From Octopus sinensis (taxonomy: Eukaryota): DNA of 62,869 bases. The DNA lies in the NCBI RefSeq assembly GCF_006345805.1, contig NW_021831995.1, positions 1 to 62,869 on the forward strand, written 5' to 3'. The position numbers and the translations under genes are program-made. Positions within the stretch are counted from its first letter, which is position 1, and the number at the start of each line of letters is the position of its first letter. The notes under the pieces were generated by a model. The model saw only the letters and a program-made list of their open reading frames with translations. It had not been told where the DNA came from and made no database searches. Below, in pieces: positions 50,022 through 62,455 of the stretch.

Positions 50022-50410
50022 AGTATGTGACCTCGTCTGTATCACTAGCGATTTTTTCCCTCTGTCTTCCCTTCTCGGGACCTTTCCTTCTATGTTTCCG
50101 ACGAAGAGCTCCGCTCGAAACGTCAAACCCTCCTTCTTCCATTAGCGTCCAATAATACTTTATTTGTTCCACGTCCTTGCGTTGTTGTCTTTTTGTTTTC
50201 TTGTTTGGATTAACTATATATATATCGGAAAGCAAAAGATGAAGACAGGTGTAGGAACAACAAGCAAGTATATTAGTTTGACGCTAGGGTAAAATGGAAA
50301 AGTCCCTTATGTTCGAGTCTACGCTCTTCGACAGAAAGGATAAGACAAAATAGAGAGAGAATGAAAAAAAAAAGAAATGTTGAGTTCAGTGGTCCGAGTG
50401 TAAATAAGAA
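50022..50410. mobile_element. Family H1 copy 3 (plus, 50022-50220) abutting an oppositely oriented related element (50225-50410)
   Basis: gttt-CCGACGA-agagctccgctc-GAAAC-GTC-aaac at 50094-50128. A degenerate minus-strand ctgtcga-agagcgtagactc-gaac lies at ~50305-50336. Confidence 0.75.
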
Positions 50411-50861
50411 ATTTGGATATTCATATTTCTCTCTAGAATAGTATTTCAGTAAGCGAAGTTAATTAACTTGAAGTAGGAATCGAAACAATACATCTCCTAA
50501 GGTTTTATTTTGTTTTACACAGATCCCCGGTTTTATCTAAAGAATCATTAACAAGAATCGAGGAAAAGAATGTTACTTACGAATCAGAAAAACTAACCTC
50601 TTAATATCGAAAAAAACCCAACAAACAAACAAACAAAAAAACTGTAAGAGACTGAAAAATACTCCAGGAAGAAATTAGAAAAGACTCGATAAGAAAATGA
50701 TATGAAACGATAGGAATCAGCAGAAAGTCGATAGCAATCGAAAAAGAATCGATACAAATCGAAAAAATGCGTTCTCTGCTGATTAATTGCGTGTAATCAT
50801 TGGCACTACGGAGCCAGAAACTGTTCAATGTGTAACTTACCATTATTAGTACGTTAATTAA

Positions 50862-51920
50862 AGCGGTGAGCTGGCAGAGACGTTAGCACGCCGGGCGAAA
50901 TGCTTAGTGGTATCTCGTCTGTCTTTACGTTCTGAGTTCAAATTCTGCCGAGGTCGACTTTACCTTTCATCCTTTCGGGGTCGATAAATTAAGTACCAGT
51001 TACGCACTGGCGTCGATGTAATCGACTTAATCCATTTGTCTGTCCTTGTGTGTCCCCTCTATGTTTAGCCCCTTGTGGGCAATAAAGAAAGTTCAATACC
51101 ATTATTAGTATATTAATTAAGGCGGTAAGCTGGCAGAATCGTTAGCACGTCGGGCGAAATGCTTAGCGGTATTTTGTCTCCCGTTATGTTCTGAGTTCAA
51201 ATTCCGCCGAGGTCGACTTTGCCTTTCATCCTTTCGGGGTCGATTAAATAAGTACCAGTTACGCACTGGGGTCGATGTAATCGACTTAATCCATTTGTCT
51301 GTCCTTGTTTATCTTCTGTGTGTTTAGCCACTTGTGCTTAGTAAAGAAATAGGTATTTTGTCTGCCGCTACGTTCTGAGTTCAAATTCCACCGAGGTTCA
51401 CTTTGCTTTTCATCCTTTTCGGGTCGATTAAATAAGTACCAGTTATGCACTGGGGTCGATGTAATCGACTTAATCCGTTTGTCTCTTTAAGGCGGTGAGC
51501 TGGCAGAAACGTTAGCACACCGGGAGAAATGCTTAGCAGTATTTCGTGTGTCGTTACGTTCTGAGTTCAAATTCCGCCGAGGTCGACTTTGTCTTTCATC
51601 CTTTCGGGGTTGATAAATTAAGTACCAGTGAAACACTGGGTCGATGTAAGCTACTAGTCTCCTCCCCCAAAATTTCAGGCCTTGTGCCAACAGCAGAAAG
51701 GATCATTTATACATATATTTAGGCGGTGAGCTGTAAGAATCGTTAACGCAGCGCATAAAATATCGAGCGGCATTTCTTCCGGTTCAAATTCTGCCGAGTA
51801 TAACTTCACCTATCATCGGGGTCAATAAAATAAGTACTAGATGAGCTCTGGGAGTGATGTAACCGACTTACCCTCTCCCTCTAAATTTTCTGCCTTTGTA
51901 CCTATGGCAGAAAGAATTAG
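50862..51920 (+). mobile_element. Cluster of about five SINE family B units (monomer, dimer, monomer, old monomer)
   Basis: Heads at ~50862, ~51120, ~51490 and ~51721. Confidence 0.88.
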
Positions 51921-52504
51921 AACATTAATTTGTAGAAGGATATGTGCTTGTTGTTATGTATAAAACAGCTCGTCGTCATTAGTATTTATTGACTCGATTA
52001 GCTAGAAAAAGCAGCCAAACCGCACCCTAGTGACATTAAATAACAGATAATCTAGTCAAAGTGAAGGTGTATCTAAAATAAAACTGGTTAGTCAATGATG
52101 AAATATTCCTTGATCTCAAGGTTAGCTTGCTGTGTAATATCGTTTCTACTAAAGACACAAGGCCTGGCATTTTGGGGGAGGGGACGAGTCGATTAGATCG
52201 ACCTCAGTTAGTAACTGGTATTTAATTTATTTGACTCCGTAAGGATGAAAGGCAAAGTCGATCTCGGCGGAATTTGAACTTAGAACGTAGCGAGGGGCGA
52301 AATACTGCTAAGCATTCCGACCGACGTGCTAACGATTCTGCCAGCTCACCGCCACTTTTTTAAAGGGTGAAAGATAAAGTTGACCTGGGCAGAATTTGAA
52401 CTCAGAATGTAAAGAGCCAGAAGACATGCCATTAAGCATTTTACTTGACATGCTAACGTTTATGCCGGCTCGCCACTTTGGTTTGCGATTTAATATCGAT
52501 AACA

Positions 52505-52753
52505 ATAATAATAAATAAATGCACCTTTTTAAAGCCTAGCCAGGTTTCCCGGTTTCAATGGCGTATGTGTTCCCCAGCTAGATAGGACGCCAGTCCATCG
52601 CAGCGTTACTCATTTTTGCCAGCTGAGTGGACTGGAGCAATGTGAAATTAAGTGTTTTGCTCAAGAACACAATGTGTCGCCCGGTCCAGGAATCGAAACC
52701 ACAATCTTACGATCATGATGCTGACACCCTAACCACTAAGCCACGCGCCTCCA
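52505..52753 (-). mobile_element. SINE family D (~260 bp, CORE-like, OR2-like)
   Basis: tRNA-like head ggaggcgcgtggcttagtgg...gtttcgattcc, CORE-like ttgtgttcttgagcaaaacactt..cacattgctccagtccactcagctg, and a (TTTA)n tail. Confidence 0.88.
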
Positions 52754-53765
52754 CATTTAATATCGATAACAACTGTTTATTTCATCGATCTAGGAATATA
52801 TTCTTTTCTACTCTAGGAAAAAGGCCTGACATTTTTGGGAAGAGGGCCAGTATATCAGATCAACCCCAGTACGCAACTGGTACTTAATTTATAGAACCCC
52901 AAGGGATGAAAGGCAAAGTCGACCTTAGCGGAATTTGAACTCAGAACGTAACGGCAGACGAAATAACGCTAAGCGTTCCGCCTGGCGTGCTAACGATTCT
53001 GCCTTGATCTCGGGATGTATTGATCACAGAATGTAAAGGACAAAAAAAAAAAAACCGGGTTTACTCTCCTTGATCGAATAATTTCTGATATGCGTAGAAG
53101 GTCAACAAGTTTGAGGAGAGGGTACCAGTCGACTCCATTAATCCCATTACACGACTGGTTCTTTCATCGATCTCGAAGGGGTTAAAAGAAAGGTGGTGTC
53201 CGTAGGATTTGAACACGGAACGTTAAGATTCGGAATTATGCTCAAATTTCTAGTATACACTTTTTCGATATCAAATGAAGAAGCATCGAATGCAGCTTCA
53301 GCGTGAGTCGCACTCACAGTTTAAAATCAATAGAGCAACTCATCTAGTCGGGTGCTCTACCAGTACCTATTTCTTTACTACCCACAAGGGGCTACACACA
53401 GAGGGGACAAACAAGGACAAACAAACGGATTAAGTCGATTATATCGACCCCAGTGCGTAACTGGTACTTATTTAATCGACCCCGAAAGGATGAAAGGCAA
53501 AGTCGACCTCGGCGGAATTAGAACTCAGAACGTAAAAGCAGACGAAATACCTATTTCTTTACTATCCACAAGGGGCTAAACATAGAGGGGACAAACAAGG
53601 ACAGACATAGGTATTAAGTCGATTACATCGACCCCAGTGCGTAACTGGTACTTATTTAATCGACCCCGAAAGGATGAAAGGCAAAGTCGACCTCGGCGGA
53701 ATTAGAACTCAGAACGTAAAGGCAGACGAAATACCGCTAAGCATTTTGCCCGGCTAACGGTTCTG

Positions 53766-54029
53766 TCGTGGAGGCGCGTGGCTTAGTGGTAAGGGCGTCA
53801 GCACCATGATCGTAAGATTGTGGTTTCGATTCCTGGAGCGGGTGACGCGTTGTGTTCTTGAGCAAAACACTTCATTTCACGTTGCTCCAGTCCACTCAGG
53901 TGGCAAAAATGAGTAACGCTGCGATGGACTGGCGTCCCGTCCAGCTGGGGAACACATACGTCATAGAAACCGGGAAACCGGGCCCATGAGCCTGGCTAGG
54001 CTTTAAAAGGGCGCATTTATTTATTTTAT
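53766..54029 (+). mobile_element. SINE family D inserted in a SINE B head with an 11-bp TSD
   Basis: taacggttctg at 53755-53765 and 54030-54040. Confidence 0.92.
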
Positions 54030-54224
54030 TAACGGTTCTGCCAGCTCACCGCCTTCACAAATAATATGATAATCTTTTCTACTATAGGCACAAGGCCTGA
54101 AATTTGTGGAAAGAGGAAAGTCAATTTTATCGATCCCAGTGTTACACTGGTACTTAATCTATTGACCCCGAAAGGATAAAAGGCAAAGTCGACCTCGGCG
54201 GAATTTGAACGCAAATAGTATAAC

Positions 54225-54835
54225 AATACAGTTCTATATTTAAGAGACGAGGAATTATTTACATCATTTACATTTGACGGATATTTGTCCTCATCTTGTT
54301 TGTTGTTAACACAACATTTTGGCTGATATACCCTCCAGCATTCATCAGGTGTCTTGGGGAAATTTCAAACCTGGGTTCTCATTCTTAAGGTATTTTTCGA
54401 TGTTATTATTATTGAGTGAGAGAGCAGTGCATGCCATCAAAGTGACACTGGTGTAAAATATACGAAGCCCAGTATACCCATCATGACTACCCGTCTGATA
54501 AGGGTACACTAGGCACATGCATCACAACCATATGTGCGCGACATGGTGATTATTATCATTATTATTATTATTATTATTGTATTGGCATCCTTTCTGTCTC
54601 GGGAGACAATGGAGTTGCGCATGAAGTAGCCTAGTCCGGCTTTTATATTTCATGTCCTGATACATTTCCTGCTGTGGCTGTGTAGTCCTATCTATTGTAG
54701 TAGGCAAAAGAATGAAAAAAAAGAAGCTAATTATAATTTAACATTATTACTATTATTATTCAGGTCATTGCCCAGAATCGAACTCGGAATCTCGGGGTTT
54801 GTAGCCTGCGTTCTTAACCACTACACCATATGCCC
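54225..54835 (-). mobile_element. Second tRNA-head/(TAA)n/hammerhead element, with LINE-tail fragments nested in its (TAA)n
   Basis: Minus-strand order: head 54835-54760, (TAA)n, an RTE-like tail (..SIVSRDR..) and a second tail ending in (TAA)n, then the HHR module 54402-54225 (gacac-CTGATGA-atgctg..cagcc-aAAA-tgtt-gtgt at 54309-54352). Confidence 0.7.
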
Positions 54836-54944
54836 ATGTATAATAATGTTTCGTATAAGTGTAGGCTTCGTTTGTTGTTTGTGGCTAACGAAAAAGCATT
54901 GGTCCAACTGATACAAATGCTTAAATTCATTGTTTTAAATTGCC

Positions 54945-55610
54945 GGCTGTGTGGTAAAGAAGTTCAGTCTCACTGCATGGCACCTTGGGCTAGTGTCTAC
55001 TACTATAGCCTCGGGCCGACTAAAGCGTTGTGAGTGGATTTGGTAGACGGAAACTGAAAGAAGCCCGTCGTATAGACATATATCTATATGTATATCTTTG
55101 TGTTTGTTTGACCACCCCCACTATCGCTTGACAAACGGTGTTGTTGTGTTTACGCCCCCCATTACTTAGAGGCTGGGTAAAGGAGACCGATTGAATAAGT
55201 ACTATTCTTTTATTATTTTATTTGTTCCTGTCATTTGACTGCGGCCATGCTGGAGCACCACCGTTAGTCGAAAAAATCCACCCTAGAACTTATTCTTTGT
55301 AAACCTAGTACTTATTCTATAGGCCTCTTTTGCCGACCCGCTAAGTAACGGAGATGTGAACACACCAACATCGGTTGTCAAGCGATGGTAGTGGTGGTGG
55401 GACAAACAAAAAGACATACACATACACATACATATATATACGACGGGCTTCTTTCAGTTTCCGTCTACCAAATTCATTCACAAGGCTTTGGTCGGCCCGC
55501 TCGAGGCTATAGTAGAGGACACTTGCCCAAGGTGCCACGCGGTGGATCTGAACCCGGAATCATATGGCTGGTAAGCAAGCTACTTACCACACAGCCACTC
55601 TTGCGCCTAG
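54945..55610. mobile_element. Convergent SINE A pair (plus partial 54945-55200; minus 55215-55610)
   Basis: Direct match to the A consensus on opposite strands with almost no spacer. Confidence 0.85.
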
Positions 55611-56189
55611 GATAAAAAAAATATATAATTAAGCCCTCGAATCGTTTCTCCAAGGTGGTGCTCCAGCATGGGCTGCAATGAAATAACTAAAGCAAGTAAA
55701 AAAGCAAAAAATAAATAAATAAAAATAGGAAAAACAAAACATGTTACTGATTTTTATATTTATCCTAATAACCCGGATGTGTATTTCTGCTGAATAATTG
55801 TATGTATTTTCAAAAAACATAAACAAAATAAAAAAAGAAAAAAAAACAAAACAAAAAGCAAATATTTCACCGATAAAAAAATCTGGCGGAAAAAGATCAA
55901 TATAAATGTCAAACTGTAGCTATCAGAAAAACAAATATCTAAAGACTATAGAATGAAATAGCTGTTGTTTTTGACATCACAGATAAAGTAGAGTATTAAA
56001 GTGAAGTATTTCAAATGTTTCATAGAAAGAAGTTCTTTGAGATTAGCAATCATCTGGTAATGTTAGTTGAATGTCTAATTGTGATTACGTTAGAAATAAT
56101 TAGATATAACAGTTGTAAAAAAGACAAAGATTTGAAGAAAGAAGCAGACACAATGGCTGATAATAGAACGGTGACGAGACAGAGGGGAA

Positions 56190-56209
56190 GAAAGAGAGAG
56201 AGAGAGAGA

Positions 56210-56271
<62 letters not shown>

Positions 56272-56870
56272 AGATAGAATGACTCTGGAAAGAGAGGTGG
56301 AGATAGAAACGTAACAAGAGAAAGATAAAAATAAATAGGGAAACAGAGAAAGATAGACAGATAGATAGATAGATAAAGAGAGAGAGAGAGACAGAAAAGG
56401 TAGGAGAGAGGGGCAAAGAAAGAGAAAGGGGAGGAGAGAGAGAGAGACAGAAAGAGAGATAAAGATGAATAGGTAACGAGGGAGAGACAAAGATGGAGAG
56501 ACAGAGAAAGATAGATAGATGGATAGAGAAATAGAGACAGAAAAGGAAGAGGAGAGAGGCAAAGAAAGAGAGAGAGGGAGAGACAGACAGAAAGAGAGAT
56601 AAAGATGGAGAGGTAACGAGGGAGAGACAAAGATGGAGAGACAGAGAAAGATAGATAGATGGATAGAGAAATAGAGACAGAAAAGGAAGAGTAGAGAGGC
56701 AAAGAAAGAGAGAGAGGGAGAGACAGACAGAAAGAGAGACAAAGATGGAGAGACAGAGAAAGATAGATAGATAGACAGAAAGAGAGAGAGGAGCAGGGAG
56801 ATAGAAAGAGGCAAAGAAAGGGAGGGACAAGGAGAAGGAGAGAGAGGCAGGGAGAGAGAGAGGGAGGAGA
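56190..56870. repeat. Purine-rich (GA)n-derived region with a ~138-bp tandem unit
   Basis: ggtaacgagggagagacaaagatggagagacagagaaagatagatagatggatagag at ~56472 and ~56610, plus partial copies. Confidence 0.85.
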
Positions 56871-56873
56871 CAC

Positions 56874-56912
<39 letters not shown>

Positions 56913-58214
56913 AATGTATGGGAATAAATAGACCAATATCTTCCAGCTGTCACGAAGTATTCATATTGAAATTTTGTATAATTTTCCTCTCTATGACGTC
57001 CATCATTTTGTTTTTCTCTCCGAATTTTAGAGCAACGAAGTCTTTCTGCTGAAAGAAGCGCACAACTCATAAAGATTAGATTAGCTTCATCAAATACCAT
57101 TCACTTAAGTGTAACAATATCGATCAAGCATCACACACACACACACACATACAAAACAGCTACACCGCTCTATGTCACACACACACACACACACAATAGC
57201 CACCAATACCACGACTTGGTGATCTAGCAGTGTGTAAAAACAAAATGTTGGCTCATACAAATATACAAAGCGTAAGAAGGCCGACCAAAAGGAGCTAAAA
57301 GAGGAATTGATTTTGTGTACTTTCATTTGTCGAATATGGATGAATTCCAAAATTTTACAGGTTGAACAGAGGAAAACTGGTCTCCGGAGAAAGTACAACA
57401 TATCTAAATTGCAAAACGACAACGTCTGAAAAAGTTAACCACTGAATGTCAGAGTGCGTTTCTCAGTGGTTGTCTATGGTCCTCTACTCTAAGAGAGTCG
57501 TAGTATGTCGGGAAGAGTAGGTCTGTCGGTTGCAATGCATGAACCAATTACTATTAACGCGATCGGAGCTAACCTAGGATAAATACAACGATAACGACAT
57601 ACAGCACAACAGCAGCAACATTTACCTTCTTTACCAGTTACAACGGGCTTTCAAGAGAGCAGGCTGAAAAAGAATAATTTGTACTATTGATTCTGTTTTA
57701 TAAGTTCTGTACTATAAAGAAAAGTGTGTTGAAGGTTATAAAACTGTCAGCTGTTTGATTACAAACGCTATGAGCTGTAAGTCATTGTTACTTCTGGTTG
57801 TAAAAGCTGCTGGTTTCAAAGCGACGTCTCTGTATTATTACTCCTTTGCATAGTTATGTGAACTGCGTCACCATTGCACTACTGGCTGGTTGTTGGAAAT
57901 GGCTCTTGTACTACAGTCTTCTTCTTCTTCTTCTTCTCTTCTTCTTCTTCTTCTTCTGATCAGGACTCATGCTATTAGCCACAAAGAATAATATCTAATT
58001 CGAGCCTACTCTAAGCTACTAAGAATGCGTGCGGCAACTTGAAGATCCACCCACCACACGCGATTGACTGGCGGTTGCACAGGCGCGAAAGCTACGTTGT
58101 TATCCTCATTCCGTAAACGATGGCGTTTAACGGGTGGAGAGCTGACCCATCCTGGGGTACAGAGGATTCGCAATCTAGACAAGGGTCTGAAAGTTCACCA
58201 CACCATAGTGGGTT

Positions 58215-58412
58215 TCATGGCTGCTTTGTGGCAGAAGTAGGAAAGCAAGAAAGAGTGAGAGAAAGTTTTGGTGAAAGAGTAAAGCGGGGTTCACCCCCCC
58301 CCCACCGGAGATTCGTGGAGCTTAGGTGTTTTTGCTCAATAAACACTCACAATGCCCGGTCTGGGAATTGAAACCGCGAGTCCGTTGCCCTAACCACTGG
58401 GCCATTGCGCTT
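58215..58412 (-). mobile_element. SINE family C, head and middle
   Basis: Reverse complement of gcgcaatggcccagtggttaggg...ttattgagcaaaaacacctaagctccacga. Confidence 0.8.
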
Positions 58413-59088
58413 ACACACTGCTGTTGTTTCTCAACTAATATTACTACTGTCAAGATGATAAAAGACGACACCCATCGATCACTGATTAGTTGAGAAGATT
58501 TGACATAACTAATTCTGCTGGAAATCAAATCCGCAGTTAGACTCACTGGCACCGCGAATATGGTACACTCCATCAAGAGTAATTCTCCATATGTATTCTT
58601 TGCAAGGTATGTGCATCACATTATCTAGTCTTTACACTTTTCTATAAATCCAAGAACCTCAGTATTGCCAACAGAAGTAAATATGTCTTCAGAAAGTCTT
58701 TCAGATCTTAGAATAAAAATAACAAGTCTGAGTGCTACTTTAGTTAAGGAATATTCTGTGTTGTCGCCAGAAGTAGTGCAAGCATCAAATAACCTAGTAG
58801 AGTTTTCTCTGTGAACCGAATATGAGGTCCAGTTTTGTGTCCCGGTTGCTAAACCAATACATCTCGAAAATGCACGAACCTTATATTATCCGGCTTACCT
58901 TCCCTCATAAATCTGATACCAGGTACCAGTGGAAGAAATTACCAGTTATTGTTATATGATAGAACTCATGAAGGACTGTAATTAAAAAAAATTGGTTTGA
59001 TTTGGAGGAAAGAACTGTACTGAATCATGACCTTCGGAGGTTCATTAAGCCCAGTGAGATTGACGCCGTTAACGTTTCTATGGATAAC

Positions 59089-59302
59089 TTTCTTTATTGG
59101 CCACACAGGGCTGAACACAGAGAGGACAAATACAAATCTAGAGCTTTTCTTTTCGAAAATGAAAAAGAAAATTGAAAAAAAAGAGAAAAAAGTAAAATTC
59201 CGATCAAAAGGGATCGGAGGGAAAAAAAGGCGATCAACAGGGATCGTGTATCACAGAAGAATTTTTTAAAAAGTAAGAAGCAAGATTAGGTTTATCCGTG
59301 GG
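59089..59302 (-). mobile_element. 3' UTR fragment of the Tx1-clade LINE (not in an ATCT tract)
   Basis: Reverse complement reads acggataaacctaatct...tctgtgatacacgatccctgttgatcg...tttgtcctctctgtgttcagccctgtgtggccaataaagaaa, homologous to 33080-33293. Confidence 0.85.
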
Positions 59303-60577
59303 AAAGATGCAAGTTGATGATTACGGAAAAAAGGGGAAAAAAGGCGTGAGAAAGAGAGATAAGTCCACTGATAAGGGTGTATGAGTAGAGGGACACGAAC
59401 TGAGTCAGCTTCGAGGAAAGAGACCATTATAGTGCTGTGGCAAAGACTGGGTGAAGAGACAACACTATGCAAGGGAACTATTGAAAGTATAAATTGAAGA
59501 CTCATAAAAGTGCATTACAATGCAGACAAATCATCTCTTGTAAAAAGACATCTTTAATTAAGTTACTGTTTTTATGGAGATTAAATTCAGTGTATTCTTT
59601 TCTTCTGTGATTAAATCGGATAAAGAACAACTATTCACTGTTCTGTTACTATTTGATAAGACTAAGTGGACGAATACAAAATTGTGTGCTGTGAGCAAGA
59701 ACTCGACAAAACATTTTGTAGTGTATTTGATCCCATCATTCATGTAATCTTGTGATGTTTTTGTGCCGATTTGTATATGTGTCTCCTTTTGTCACCCTCC
59801 TTAGCTAAGTCAAAACTTACGCTGTCTCCAGCAGCAATTACATTGCTGAAATAATGGAAAAAACGCATCTCTTCTGTCTAAATTCAATTATCAGATCAAA
59901 GTTTAAGATGGAGAGAAAGCGAGAAAAGGCAAGAAAGAGAGTAACAGAGAAAGGCTGAGCCGTTCGTTGATATACAAGTTTGTTTGCATTCATTCGAGCC
60001 CATGGTCGCTCAACCAGATAGAATATTCATCCACATATTCTTCTCAAGCAGACAAATACGTATGTCTATATGTATGCGACTTAGAAATTGCTATAGATAC
60101 AAACGGGGAGAAATACTTTTCCTACTCCTCATACCCGAAAGAACATCAATCTTTTGTAATCACATTAGTTTTCTTTCGAGATTCAGATCACCGGCTTAAC
60201 CTACTACACTGACAAGTGAAATTATTTGTCTTGCTCAAGTAAACAAGCCCACGACTGTAGCATGACGCGAACCCACAGATTCGCGATCAATGACGCACTA
60301 TACTTGATCTTTTCATTTCATTTTGCTCATGAATTTCTGTCCGAATTGAAACGTGATTTAATGGGATTATACAAGCTTCGTTAATCTTCTTTATTCAATC
60401 TACGAAAGAAAGGAAGTCTTTGATAAATCGCTGCTAGAGGGCAGTAATGGTTTAAACCGATGAAATTAGAATATCTAGCATTACGAATTCTGCATTTTCA
60501 AGCTCATACATTCAGTTATCATTACAATACTGTAATAAGATTTCTTACATAGGGATGGCGAATCGGCTTGAAAAGAG

Positions 60578-61695
60578 ATGAGCTGGCAGAAACTTTAGAA
60601 CGCAGGGCGAAATGCTTAGCGGTATTTCGTCTGCCGCCACGTTCTGAGTTCAAATTCCGCCGAGGTCGACTTTGCCTTTCATCCTTTCGAGGTCGATAAA
60701 TTAAGTACCAGTAACGCACTGGGGTCGATGTAATCGACTTAATACCTATGTCTGTCCTTGTTTGTCCCCTCTGTGTTTAGCCCCTTGTGGGTAATAAAGA
60801 AATAGGTATTTCGTCTGTCTTTATGTTCTGAGTTCAAATTCCGCCGAGGTCGACTTTGCCTTTCATCCTTTCGGGGTCGATAAATTAAGTACTAGTTGCG
60901 TACTGGGGTCGATCCAATCGACTGGCTCCTTCCTCCAAAATTCCGGTCCTTGTGCCTAGAGTAGAAAAGAATCAGATCAAAAAGGGGAGAGAAACCCGAG
61001 AAGTTATGCTCATGCCCCTATTGTGCAAACATATAATGAAAAGTATCTAAGCAGTGATCAATCCATCATTTTCTAAGGTTACTCTATAATATATCAAAGT
61101 CTATGTAATTCAGGATATCTATGACTCTTTTGATTTTTATGAGACCGATGTGATGTGAAGAAGATTCGTCAACTATTTCTAGCAAGATGAGCAGATAATT
61201 TCTGAATGGATTTAAAGATGGAAATAACGATATAATATTCATAATCAACCCTTAAGTTCCCTCAACTGATGCAGCCAGTCATTGGGGTGCGGCTCCAGAC
61301 ACTTTTGCAGTCAGTCGTCATCGTTGGTTGCTGTTTATTGCCATGCGTAACAGAATCGCAGTGTGGTAACTGGTACTTAATTTATCGATCCCGAAAGGAT
61401 GAAAGGCAAAGTCGACTTCGGCGGAATTTGAACTCAGAACGTAGCGGCAGACGAAATACCTATTTCTTTATTACCCACAAGGGGCTAAACACAGAGGGGA
61501 CAAATAAGGACAGACATATGTATTAAAGTCGATTACATCGACTCCAGTGAGTAACTGGTACTTAATTTATCGACCCCCGAAAGGATGAAAGGCAAAGTCG
61601 ACCTCGGCGGAATTTGAACTCAGAACGTAGCGGCAGACGAAATACCGCTAAGCATTTAACCCAGCATGCTCATGTTTCTACCAGCTCGCCGCCTT
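60578..61695. mobile_element. Two SINE B dimers (60578-60972 plus; 61355-61695 minus)
   Basis: Head, body, tail, restart at ggtatttcgtctg, second body. Confidence 0.88.
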
Positions 61696-61711
61696 AGGGA
61701 CATCCTTTCTA

Positions 61712-61846
61712 CCTCTGAGTGAGCCGGAGCAACGTGAAATAAAGTGTCTTGCTCATGAACACAACACACAACCTGGTCCAGGAAACGAAATCACTACCTC
61801 AAGATTGTGAATCCGACGTTCTAATCACCGAGCCACGCGCCTTCAT
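61712..61846 (-). mobile_element. Older SINE D head/CORE fragment
   Basis: gagcaacgtgaaataaagtgtcttgctcatgaacacaac...gagccacgcgccttca. Confidence 0.7.
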
Positions 61847-61943
61847 ATATTGTATTGTAGTGAGATCAACTCTCCCTTTAGTCTGTTTCACTTTCCATCC
61901 TTGTCAGTGACATTACACACACACACACACGTATGATGATGAA

Positions 61944-61998
<55 letters not shown>

Positions 61999-62111
61999 TC
62001 TATCTATCTATCTATCTACCTACTATCTATCTATCTACTATCTATCTATCTATCTTCATCTATCTATCTATCTACTATCTATCTATCTATCTACATCTAT
62101 CTATCTACTAC

Positions 62112-62146
<35 letters not shown>

Positions 62147-62151
62147 CTATC

Positions 62152-62182
<31 letters not shown>

Positions 62183-62194
62183 CTATCTACCTAC

Positions 62195-62249
<55 letters not shown>

Positions 62250-62285
62250 CTATCCTATCTATCTATCTATCTATCTATCTACTAC

Positions 62286-62332
<47 letters not shown>

Positions 62333-62364
62333 CCTACCTATCTATCTATCTATCTATCTATCAT

Positions 62365-62455
<91 letters not shown>

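Larger units (their letters stand above)
52155..54210 (-). mobile_element. Cluster of minus-strand SINE family B copies of different ages
   Basis: B bodies at ~52155-52335, 52370-52460, 52800-53000, 53110-53230, 53365-54053 (dimer split by a D copy) and 54065-54210. Confidence 0.8.

Noticed and set aside
34085-54835. tRNA genes at the A/B-box-containing heads (34085, 49425, 53766, 54760 and others)
   Set aside because: They lack a clean acceptor stem or cloverleaf by eye and continue into SINE bodies, so they are treated as SINE heads.
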